Under the pieces are notes generated by a model. That model had not been told where the DNA came from, did not search any database, and saw only the letters and a list, made by a program, of their open reading frames with translations. A stretch of 64,000 bases of DNA. Origin: Macrostomum lignano (taxonomy: Eukaryota). The position numbers were made by a program, and so were the translations under genes. Position 1 is the first letter of the stretch. Each line of letters begins with the position of its first letter. Location: positions 29,104 to 93,103 of the forward strand of contig NIVC01002545.1 in the NCBI GenBank assembly GCA_002269645.1. The letters run 5' to 3'. Positions 1-10,506 of this stretch are shown one piece after another.

Positions 1-3000
1 GCTGATTGGCCAAGATGCTTGGCAAAGAATTATCAGCGACAATGGGTGGCTGTGCCACCTGTGCCAGCTGCTGTCTGAGCGTCTCATTCAGCCCAGGAGC
101 GACTGGCGGCAGCGACTGTATTAGTAGGTTTCTGCTGCTGATTGATGAGAATAGAGGGGAGGGGAGCATGAGAATGGAGGGGAAGAGCAGGTATGACAAT
201 GAAGGGGAGAGGGCATGGGAATGGAGGGGAAGAGCAGGCATGAGAATGAAGGGGAGAGGGCATGAGAATGGAGGGGAAGAGCAGGCATGAGAATGAAGGG
301 GAGAGGGCATGAGAATGGAGAGGAAGAGCAGGCATGACAATGAAGGGGAGAGGGCATGAGAATGGAGGGGAGAGGGCATGAGAATGGAGAGGAAGAGCAG
401 GCATGAGAATGGAGGGGAAGAGCAGGCATGAGAATGAAGGGGAAGAGCAGGCATGAGAATGAAGGGGAAGAGCAGGCATGAGAATGGAGGGGAAGAGCAG
501 GGATGAAAATGGAGGGGAAGAGCAGGGATGAGAATGGAGGGGAAGAGCAGGATGAAAATGGAGGGGAAAAGCAGGGATGAGAATGGAGGGGAAGAGCAGG
601 GGTGAGAATGGAGGGGAAGAGCAGGATGAGAATGGAGGGGAAGAGCAGGATGAGAATGGAGGGGAAGAGCAGGGATGAGAATGGAGGGGAAGAGCAGGGG
701 TGAGAATGGAGAGGAAAATCTGTAAAAATCAGGTTAATTACCCCAAAAGCATCGCTTTTATTTATTGCAGCCAAACGGAGCCCCATTCTCTGCACCCGCC
801 GCCGCCGCCGGAGCTTCAGCGCAGCGCGTGCTGCTCCCAGCCGCTCCGAGTTCTGTCGCTATTCGATGGCGTGGCGTCCGCCTTGCTGTGCCTGCAGTCC
901 GCCGGCCTGTCCGTAGAAATCTGCTTCGCCTCCGAAATCGACCCGGACGCAATCCGTGTGGCCGCTTGTAACCATGGCAACCGGGTGCGGCAGCTGGGCA
1001 GCGTCACCGAGCTGACTGAGGACCGGCTGCGCTCTCTGCTGCCCATCGATCTGCTGATTGGGGGCTCGCCTTGCAGTCAGCTGTCCGCTGCCAATCCCAA
1101 TAGGTGACTGCTTGCTCCACTGGTGCACGTGTTCTGCCTCCCGGATCCTCAGTTGCTGGGCCAGCCTCCCGGATCCTCAGTTGCTGGGCCAGCCTCCCAG
1201 ATGCTCAGTTGTTGGGCCAGCCTCCCGGATCCTCAGTTGCTGGGCCAGCCTCCCAGATCCTCAGTTGCTGGGCCAGCCTCCCAGAGTGTCAGTTGCTGTG
1301 CCAGCCTCCCAGAGTGTCTGCTGCTGGGCCAGCCTCCCAGATCCTCAGTTGCTGGGCCAGCCTCCCAGATCCTCAGTTGCTGGGCCAGCCTCCCAGATCC
1401 TCAGTTGTTGGGCCAGCCTCCCAGATCCTCAGTTGCTGGGCCAGCCTCCCAGATCCTCAGTTGCTGGGCCAGCCTCCCAGATCCCCAGTTGCTGGGCCAG
1501 CCTCCCAGATGCTCAGTTGTTGGGCCAGCCTCCCGGATCCTCAGTTGCTGGGCCAGCCTCCCAGAGTGTCAGTTGCTGTGCCAGCCTCCCAGAGTGTCTG
1601 CTGCTGGGCCAGCCTCCCAGATCCTCAGTTGCTGGGCCAGCCTCCCAGATCCTCAGTTGCTGGGCCAGCCTCCCAGATCCTCAGTTGCTGGGCCAGCCTC
1701 CCAGATCCCCAGTTGTTGGGCCAGCCTCCCGGATCCTCAGTTGCTGGGCCAGCCTCCCAGAGTGTCAGTTGCTGTGCCAGCCTCCCAGAGTGTCTGCTGC
1801 TGGGCCAGCCTCCCAGATCCTCAGTTGCTGGGCCAGCCTCCCAGATCCTCAGTTGCTGGGCCAGCCTCCCAGAGTGTCAGTTGCTGTGCCAGCCTCCCAG
1901 AGTGTCTGCTGCTGGGCCAGCCTCCCAAATCCTCAGTTGCTGGGCCAGCCTCCCAGATCCTCAGTTGCTGGGCCAGCCTCCCGGATCCTCAGTTGCTGGG
2001 CCAGCCTCCCAGATGCTCAGTTGTTGGGCCAGCCTCCCGGATCCTCAGTTGCTGGGCCAGCCTCCCAGATTCTCAGTTGCTGGGCCAGCCTCCCAGAGTG
2101 TCAGTTGCTGTGCCAGCCTCCCAGAGTGTCTGCTGCTGGGCCAGCCTCCCAGATCCTCAGTTGCTGGGCCAGCCTCCCAGATCCTCAGTTGCTGGGCCAG
2201 CCTCCCAGATCCTCAGTTGCTGGGCCAGCCTCCCAGATCCTCAGTTGTTGGGCCAGCCTCCCAGATCCTCAGTTGCTGGGCCAGCCTCCCAGATCCTCAG
2301 TTGCTGGGCCAGCCTCCCAGATCCCCAGTTGCTGGGCCAGCCTCCCAGATGCTCAGTTGTTGGGCCAGCCTCCCGGATCCTCAGTTGCTGGGCCAGCCTC
2401 CCAGAGTGTCAGTTGCTGTGCCAGCCTCCCAGAGTGTCTGCTGCTGGGCCAGCCTCCCAGATCCTCAGTTGCTGGGCCAGCCTCCCAGATCCTCAGTTGC
2501 TGGGCCAGCCTCCCAGAGTGTCAGTTGCTGTGCCAGCCTCCCAGAGTGTCTGCTGCTGGGCCAGCCTCCCAAATCCTCAGTTGCTGGGCCAGCCTCCCAG
2601 ATCCTCAGTTGCTGGGCCAGCCTCCCAGATCCTCAGTTGCTGGGCCAGCCTCCCAGATGCTCAGTTGTTGGGCCAGCCTCTCGGATCCTCAGTTGCTGGG
2701 CCAGCCTCCCAGATCCTCAGTTGCTGGGCCAGCCTCCCAGAGTGTCAGTTGCTGTGCCAGCCTCCCAGAGTGTCTGCTGCTGGGCCAGCCTCCCAAATCC
2801 TCAGTTGCTGGGCCAGCCTCCCAGATCCTCAGTTGCTGGGCCAGCCTCCCGGATCCTCAGTTGCTGGGCCAGCCTCCCAGATGCTCAGTTGTTGGGCCAG
2901 CCTCCCGGATCCTCAGTTGCTGGGCCAGCCTCCCAGATTCTCAGTTGCTGGGCCAGCCTCCCAGAGTGTCAGTTGCTGTGCCAGCCTCCCAGAGTGTCTG

Positions 3001-4151
3001 CTGCTGGGCCAGCCTCCCAGATCCTCAGTTGCTGGGCCAGCCTCCCAGATCCTCAGTTGCTGGGCCAGCCTCCCAGATCCTCAGTTGCTGGGCCAGCCTC
3101 CCAGATCCTCAGTTGTTGGGCCAGCCTCCCAGATCCTCAGTTGCTGGGCCAGCCTCCCAGATCCTCAGTTGCTGGGCCAGCCTCCCAGATCCCCAGTTGC
3201 TGGGCCAGCCTCCCAGATGCTCAGTTGTTGGGCCAGCCTCCCGGATCCTCAGTTGCTGGGCCAGCCTCCCAGAGTGTCAGTTGCTGTGCCAGCCTCCCAG
3301 AGTGTCTGCTGCTGGGCCAGCCTCCCAGATCCTCAGTTGCTGGGCCAGCCTCCCAGATCCTCAGTTGCTGGGCCAGCCTCCCAGAGTGTCAGTTGCTGTG
3401 CCAGCCTCCCAGATTCTCAGTTGCTGGGCCAGCCTCCCAGATCCTCAGTTGCTGGGCCAGCCTCCCAGATCCTCAGTTGCTGGGCCAGCCTCCCAGATCC
3501 TCAGTTGCTGGGCCAGCCTCCCAGAGTGTCAGTTGCTGGGCCAGCCTCCCAGATCCTCAGTTGCTGGGCCAGCCTCCAAGATCCTCAGTTGTTGGGCCAG
3601 CCTCCCAGATCCTCAGTTGCTGGGCCAGCCTCCCAGAGTGTCAGTTGCTGGGCCAGCCTCCCAGATCCTCAGTTGCTGGGCCAGCCTCCAAGATCCTCAG
3701 TTGTTGGGCCAGCCTCCCAGATCCTCAGTTGCTGGGCCAGCCTCCCAGAGTGTCAGTTGCTGTGCCAGCCTCCCAGATCCTCAGTTGCTGGGCTGCCCGC
3801 CTCCCAGGTGTCGTTTTCTTGGCCAGCCTCCTGTATCGAGAATCCTATGAAAATTTTAATTTTCTAATATCCCATCTCCGTCAGGCAAGGCCTGGCCTCA
3901 GAATCCGGACTGCTTTTTTTCGAGTTTCACCGAATTCTCGAACTGCTCCGTCGGATTGGCAGCCCGAGCGCCGACGAGCGCCAACGGCGCCCCCTGTTCT
4001 GGCTGTTCGAGAATGTGGCCAGCATGCGGCAGGAGGATAAGACTCGCATTTCCAGGTCTGTCTGTCCGTCTGTCCGTCTGTCTGTCCGTCTGTCCGTCTG
4101 TCTGTCCGTCTGTCTGTCTGTCTCTCTGTCCGTCTGTCTGTCCGTCTGTCC

Positions 4152-4199
<48 letters not shown>

Positions 4200-4212
4200 G
4201 TCTGTCTGTCTC

Positions 4213-4259
<47 letters not shown>

Positions 4260-5653
4260 GTCTGTCTGTCTCTCTGTCTGTCTGACTGTCTGTCTGTCCT
4301 CCGTCAGTCCATTACTCTGCCCCACCCCGCAGGTTCCTAGGCCGCGAGCCGATCCGCCTGGACGCCGTCATTTTCTCAGCTCAGCGCCGAGCCCGCCTGT
4401 TCTGGGGCAACCTTCCCGGCATGCTGCGCTCCTCTGGCGTCGCCTCCACGCTGGCTGCCGATGTTGTGCACTGCGCCAGGCCGGCTGCCGCTGCTGGGCC
4501 TGAGCCCTGTGAAGCTGAGTGAGTTGGTTCCGGCAACTGGGTCTGGTTGGTTCTCCCAAAGCCAGTCACCCTCAGAACCAGTCACTCCCTGAACAGAAAG
4601 CGTCACTCTCTGAACCAGTCACTCCCTGAACCAGTCACTCCCTGAACCAGTCACTCCCTGAACCAGTCACTTCCTGAACCAGTCACTTCCTGAACCAGTC
4701 ACTTCCTGAACCAGTCACTTCCTGAACAGAAAGCGTCACTCCCTGAACCAGTCACTCCCTGAACAGAAAGCGTCACTCCCTGAACCAGTCACTCCTTGAA
4801 CCATTCACTCCCTGAACCAGTCACTCCCTGAACCAGTCACTCCCTGAACCAGTCACTCCCTGAACCAGTCACTCCCTGAACCAGTCACTCCCTGAACCAG
4901 TCACTCCCTGAACCAGTCACTCCCTGAACCAGTCACTCCCTGAACCAGTCACTCCCTGAACCAGTCACTTCCTGAACAGAAAGCGTCACTCCCTGAACCA
5001 GTCACTCCCTGAACCAGTCACTTCCTGAACAGAAAGCGTCACTCCCTGAACCAGTCACTCCCTGAACCAGTCACTCCCTGAACCAGTCACTCCCTGAACC
5101 AGTCACTCCCTGAACCAGTCACTCCCTGAACCAGTCACTCCCTGAACCAGTCACTCCCTGAACCAGTCACTCCCTGAACCAGTCACTCCCTGAACCAGTC
5201 ACTCCCTGAACCAGTCACTCCCTGAACCAGTCACTCCCTGAACCAGTCACTCCCTGAACCAGTCACTCCCTGAACCAGTCACTCCCTGAACCAGTCACTC
5301 CCATCCTGAAGGCGCCAGCGCCATCTGGCCAGCTGCATCGACCCTCGCAGCGGCCGCGCCGCCCGTCACGCCACCGTCGGCTGCGTCACCACGAAGCGCT
5401 GCAGCGGCCGCGGCCCTGACGGCTCCCTGCCGGTGGCCGACGCTGACGGCCTCCCGGACGCCCTGTGGGTGACGGAGCTCGAGCGGCTGTTCGGTTTCCC
5501 GGCACACTATACACGGACTGCGGACTGACCGACCTGGCCAGGCGCAGGCTGATTGGCCGCAGCTGGTGTCTGCCTCTGGTTGCCCACCTGCTGCGCCCGC
5601 TGCGCCACTTCTTTGCTGTGCTGCCGGGGCCTGATGCCGGCGACGGCGAGTGA
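1..5653 (+). CDS. DNMT3: DNMT3-family DNA (cytosine-5) methyltransferase, 3' part; exons <2-117, 771-1103, 3885-4055, 4333-4518, 5312-5653; apparent 2-bp insertion at about 5511
   Basis: Manual splicing gives an ADD-domain end ([21 protein letters not shown]...RSDWRQRL), motif [13 protein letters not shown], catalytic GGSPC, LLFFEF, motif [37 protein letters not shown] and (after the shift) [30 protein letters not shown]. All four introns are GT-AG and phase 2; the donor at 118 is weak. Confidence 0.93.
155..715. repeat. Purine-rich ~22-bp minisatellite (GAGAATGGAGGGGAAGAGCAGG) in a DNMT3 intron
   Basis: Visible tandem copies between the exon ending at 117 and the acceptor at 769-770. Confidence 0.9.
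1138..3795 (+). repeat. 28-bp minisatellite (CCCAGATCCTCAGTTGCTGGGCCAGCCT), about 95 units with higher-order blocks
   Basis: Tandem units fill DNMT3 intron 1104-3884; lines 1441-1620 recur at 2281-2460 (offset 840). Confidence 0.97.
4056..4300. repeat. (TCTG)n microsatellite starting at the splice donor
   Basis: The donor GTCTGT at 4056 is the first repeat unit. Confidence 0.95.
4565..5302. repeat. 16-bp minisatellite (CCTGAACCAGTCACTC)
   Basis: Tandem units run to within about 10 nt of the DNMT3 acceptor at 5310-5311. Confidence 0.95.
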
Positions 5654-5771
5654 GCACTGCTCTGAGCTTGTTGATGAGGCCTGCTGAGCATTGGGAATTA
5701 CCTGATACTCTGACTGACATTGTCAATCCCTTTATGTCCCTAATAATCTGGTTTTCCATGTCCCTGATCCT

Positions 5772-6595
5772 CATTCTGAGCGCAGAGTATTTCTCAGATC
5801 CTCATTCTGAGCACTGAGTATTTCTCAAATCCTCATTCTGAGCACTGAGTATCTCTCAGATCTCTCATTCTGAGCACTGAGTATCTCTTAAATCTCTCAT
5901 TCTGAGCACTAAGTATCTCTCAGATCCTCATTCTGAGCACTGAGTATCTCTCAGATCTCTCATTCTGAGCACTGCGTATCTCTCAGATCTCTCATTCTGA
6001 GCACTGAGTATCTCTCAGATCCTCATTCTGAGCACTGAGTATCTCTCAGATCTCTCATTCTGAGCACTGAGTATCTCTCAGATATCTCATTCTGAGCACT
6101 GAGTATCTCTCAAATCCTCATTCTGAGCACTGAGTATCTCTCAAATCCTCATTCTGAGCACTGAGTATCTCTCAAATCCTCATTCTGAGCACTGAGTATC
6201 TCTCAAATCCTCATTCTGAGCACTGAGTATCTCTCAAATCCTCATTCTGAGCACTGAGTATCTCTCAAATCCTCATTCTGAGCACTGAGTATCTCTCAAA
6301 TCCTCATTCTGAGCACTGAGTATCTCTCAGATCTCTCATTCTGAGCACTGCGTATCTCTCAGATATCTGATTCTGAGCACTGAGTATCTCTCAGATCTCT
6401 CATTCTGAGCACTGAGTATCTCTCAGATCCTCATTCTGAGCACTGAGTATCTCTCAAATCTCTCATTCTGAGCACTGAGTATCTCTCAGATCTCTCATTC
6501 TGAGCACTGAGTATCTCTCAGATATCTCATTCTGAGTATCTCAGATCTCAGAATCTGAGACGGAATCTCAGATCTCTCATATCTCTCATTCTGAG
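5772..6595. repeat. 31-33-bp minisatellite (CATTCTGAGCACTGAGTATCTCTCAGATCCT)
   Basis: Tandem copies just 3' of the DNMT3 stop codon. Confidence 0.93.
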
Positions 6596-7244
6596 CACCA
6601 CCTAAGAGTCGAAAGTTTTCCCCCTAATTTTTATATGATGAAGCGCTTACAAAATTAATCCCAAGTTTATTTTTTTATTGACCCAGTGCAGTTAAGGACC
6701 GTGAGTCCTGCATTTTATCGGCTAACAGCATATTAACACCACTAATTACCACAAGTAGTAAAACGCAATCTTTTTTAAAATTATTTTTTCTTTTTTTTTT
6801 AATACTCTACTTTTTACTTGATCTCCCAATTTGCCATATTTTGGCCACTGGTTATGAAAGCTTCCTCCAATTTTTACTTTTTTGTTTCAACATTTTAATA
6901 AAGCTATTTATTTTTCAAAACAATTTATCCTCATTAAAACAACAAATAAAAAAGTGCGACTGATTTTTTTTGTTTAATCGTTTCTCGTTTCTTTAAAACA
7001 ATTTAAACATTGACAGCAGTAGTATATTTATGTTTTGTTATCTTTTTTCTTTGTCAGTCTGTAGTTTTATTGAATAATTTTATTCGTGTTCAGCTTAGCA
7101 ATGGCAAGAAATATGGAAAGTTTTTAAATTGTTTTTAACAGTTTCGTCAATTCACTAAATTTTCCTGTAGAAACTTTAATTGGCTAATTAATAAAAGCCG
7201 TGGTTTCTCAGGCCACGAGACAAACGGTAGAATGTAGATAGATA

Positions 7245-7575
7245 GACCCACAGAAGGATAAACAGATTGAGACATGCATGCGGAATGCGGACACAGACAA
7301 AGACACTTTAGACAGATAGACAGACACGCATGCAAGGAGAGACAGACAGACGTGTAGACAGGCAGACAGACAGGCAGGTAGGCAGGTAGACAGACAGGTA
7401 GACAGACATATTGACAGGGAGACAGACAGGCAGGTAGGCAGGCAGACACAGGCAGGTAGGCAGGCAGACACAGACAGGTAGACAGGCAGACACAGGCAGG
7501 TAGGCAGGCAGACAGACAGGTAAGGTAGACAGACACCGACAGGTAGGCAGACAGAGGCAGACCTGAGGCAGGTAA
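7245..7575. repeat. Degenerate GACA/GGCA microsatellite
   Basis: Low-complexity tetranucleotide tract. Confidence 0.8.
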
Positions 7576-7638
7576 AACTGCTGGTGCCCAAAACTTAAAA
7601 TTTATGTACATCTGTCCTGCGGTCAGTCCACTGCAGCC

Positions 7639-8313
7639 TCACAGATTGTCCAAATCGTCTAGAAAACTTTTCTGCTTCCGCCGGTCTTCCGGCTCCCACT
7701 GAGCAGCCTTGTTGGTCTCGGCGATGAAGCTGTCCAGCTTCTGGTAGAAGCCACCAATTCGCTGCTTCAGCCGCTCACTCTGCTCGTCCAGCTGCAGCCT
7801 CCTGCTGGACATTCTCTCCTCTCTATCCGAATAGAATTTCGTCTTCTTCAAACTTTCCGTGGTTAAAAATCCGCGCAACGCGTGAAAAACGCGCGGATTC
7901 AAAGTTGGAAAGTTCGGCTCGCTGCCGCCTGCCGCGCCGTTGGCTCCGGCCGCCGCCGATGACGAAGTAGTCTGCTGCTGCTGCTGCTCGATCCCCAGGG
8001 CGGTCTTCGGTCGTCTCTTCTTTCGTTTCTTCCGTCTCAGGCCGGTCATGGTTGTGTTGGCAGGGCCTGCAGCAGATGAAGGATGCTGCGGGTCTCTGCT
8101 GGGCTGGGTACGGTTGCCCTGGGCATCCAGGAACGGCGCTCCACACGACGGCCCAGCGGCAGCGGCGGCTGTGTGCGGTCGAACCCGACGCACTGCAGCA
8201 GGCGGCGGCGGTTTTGCATCGGCTGCAGTTGGCGAATGATTTGAATTCTGAGTTGACGACTGCGGCGGCTCGTTGAAACGAACGCTGATCTCAGGGCGAC
8301 TGTTGGCGGGCAT
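7639..8313 (-). CDS. Hypothetical 224-aa protein: low-complexity N-half, basic RRKKRKKRR patch, helical or coiled-coil C-half
   Basis: ATG-to-stop ORF in GC-rich non-repetitive sequence with natural-looking composition; no family recognised. Confidence 0.6.
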   Translation of the reverse strand: MPANSRPEISVRFNEPPQSSTQNSNHSPTAADAKPPPPAAVRRVRPHTAAAAAGPSCGAPFLDAQGNRTQPSRDPQHPSSAAGPANTTMTGLRRKKRKKRRPKTALGIEQQQQQTTSSSAAAGANGAAGGSEPNFPTLNPRVFHALRGFLTTESLKKTKFYSDREERMSSRRLQLDEQSERLKQRIGGFYQKLDSFIAETNKAAQWEPEDRRKQKSFLDDLDNL

Positions 8314-9729
8314 TGCAGTGGACCTGGCTACAGCTGTATAGCCTGCGCCCGGCTCTCCACAGAAGCTATAATTTTAGGCTTCTTCCACTGTGTCCCTTTT
8401 ATAGTGTAGATAAACTCTTGTGGATAGAATACCTGCTTCAGTGTGTATTGTTGTGTTGGGCTTCCGCTGGCGTGAGAGGAAAGATTTTAATAAATGGCTG
8501 CCGCAGATGCTAGAGCTCAATAGGCCAGACAGGCGGGTCTCTGCGCACTGTGCTTTTCTTGGCGTTCAAAAAAATCTTAAGCCTGATGAAGAGAATATAA
8601 GGCGGGACAGAGAGCCCAGAGGTTACCGCACTGCGTCACTGTGTGCAACTCTTTCGCCAAGCCAGCCAACTGCCAAGCGCTGTAGATGTGGAGTAGACTT
8701 CAAGTGATGCTTTAGTAAGAATGGTGTTGGCTCATGCAGTTATTTGGTGTTTCATCTTGAAATTTCTGCTTTTCTGCAGATCAATTTTCTAGCAAATGAC
8801 CTTGGAATCCGTTGCCCAAGGCGTTGCACCAGGGTGCCCACAGCCCTACTGAGAATATTTATATACGAATACTACATTGACATTTCAATAGCTTTAGTCT
8901 TTATTATACGAGTAGATCACTAGTAATATTATTATTCGATACTGCCATTTTAACTTCGCTAAAATGTTGCTCTACTAACAGTAGACGCTAGGCGTGTGCC
9001 AGCTATGGGCAAGCAGGGGTCGTTCTGAACGTTCTAAAAGCTTATAATTGTGCCGCCAACGGAAGTGCGTTAATTAAATTCAGCCAACCTACTGCGTGGC
9101 AGCAAAACTGCTTCAATCCAGTCGACAAAGCAGAAACAAAGCTAGCTTAAAGTTCATTTTGACATTAACTTGAAAAATCAAAGTTAAAGAGTTCTTCCTA
9201 ACAAAATAAATGGAAATGAGTATATTGGAAATCTAGTACGGTTTTATTGCTATAAATAATTAACCAGTGTATACATATGGCCACAAGCAGCGGACAATCA
9301 TTAGTTAGAAGTTATCTAATAGATTTATAAATTAGTATTAAGTAATAAACTCAAACTACTAATTGGCAGGCAGGTGAAAATTTGGCAGGAGAAATCAAAG
9401 ACTCGTTTAGCTGATTAGGCGATTGGAATTAATTAGGTGCTAATTAGTAATTAGTAGTAATTAGCAGCTCTGTAAAAATTAGCGCGCGAATGTAGATAAG
9501 AAATTCTAAACAGGTCTGATAGCAATAATGATAATTACAGTTAGCACAGCTGCATGCACAAGACTAAATTAAAACAAACCAGCTGAGGCGCATAAAAATC
9601 TTAGAAAAAAATCCTAGCTGTAGTGATATGCCATTGTGCGCCAATCATGTTGTAAATGTGCGCTTCGTGTGCACCGAATGTGCGTGTACATCTCAGCATA
9701 GAGATATTTAGCGAGCAGGGGACTCTACT

Positions 9730-10370
9730 TGAATCTCACCCATTAGACACTCAGAGACACTAGTAGAATCTCACCCATTAGACACTCAGAGACACTAGTA
9801 GAGTCTCAACCATTAGACACTCAGAGACACTAGTAGAATCTCACCCATTAGACACTCAGAGACACTAGTAGAGTCTCAACCATTAGACACTCAGAGACAC
9901 TAGTAGAGTCTCAACCATTAGACACTCAGAGACACTAGTAGAATCTCACCCATTAGACACTCAGAGACACTAGTAGAGTCTCAACCATTAGACACTCAGA
10001 GACACTAAAAGAATCTCACCCATGAGATATTCTGAGACACTAGTAGAATCTCACGCATTAGACACTCAGAGACACTAGTAGAGTCTCAACCATGAGATAC
10101 TCAGACACTAGTAGAATCTCACCCATTAGACACTCAGAGACACTAAAATAATCTCACCCATGAGATACTCAGAGACACTAAAATAATCTCACACATTAGA
10201 CACTCAGAGACACTAAAAGAATCTCACCCATGAGATACTCAGAGACACTAGTAGAATTTCACCCATGAGATACTCTGAGACACTAGTAGAATCTCACCCA
10301 TGAGATACTCTGAGACACTAGTAGAATCTCACCCACGAGATACTCTGAGACACGAGTAGAATCTCACCTT
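9730..10370. repeat. ~35-bp minisatellite (TAGTAGAATCTCACCCATTAGACACTCAGAGACAC)
   Basis: Tandem copies 3' of the Kir gene. Confidence 0.92.
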
Positions 10371-10506
10371 TGAACGACAGCGATAAACTAAATAAAAGTA
10401 CACTAGTATCGAATTTGCTTGAAACAATTTGCACCATATTAAAAACGAATAAAAAACAGGCACAAGCTGAGTTCTCAGAAAGTGAACACCAAGCAGTCTG
10501 CAATCT

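Noticed and set aside
1058-4040. Three 914-978-aa ORFs (and similar ones at 29867-30698, 58384-59076, 62902-63226)
   Set aside because: They are translations of the stop-free 28-bp intronic satellite; the flanking exons splice around it.
8820-8845. CAGGGTGCCCAC shared with about 51785
   Set aside because: A 12-bp same-orientation match only, with no element structure.
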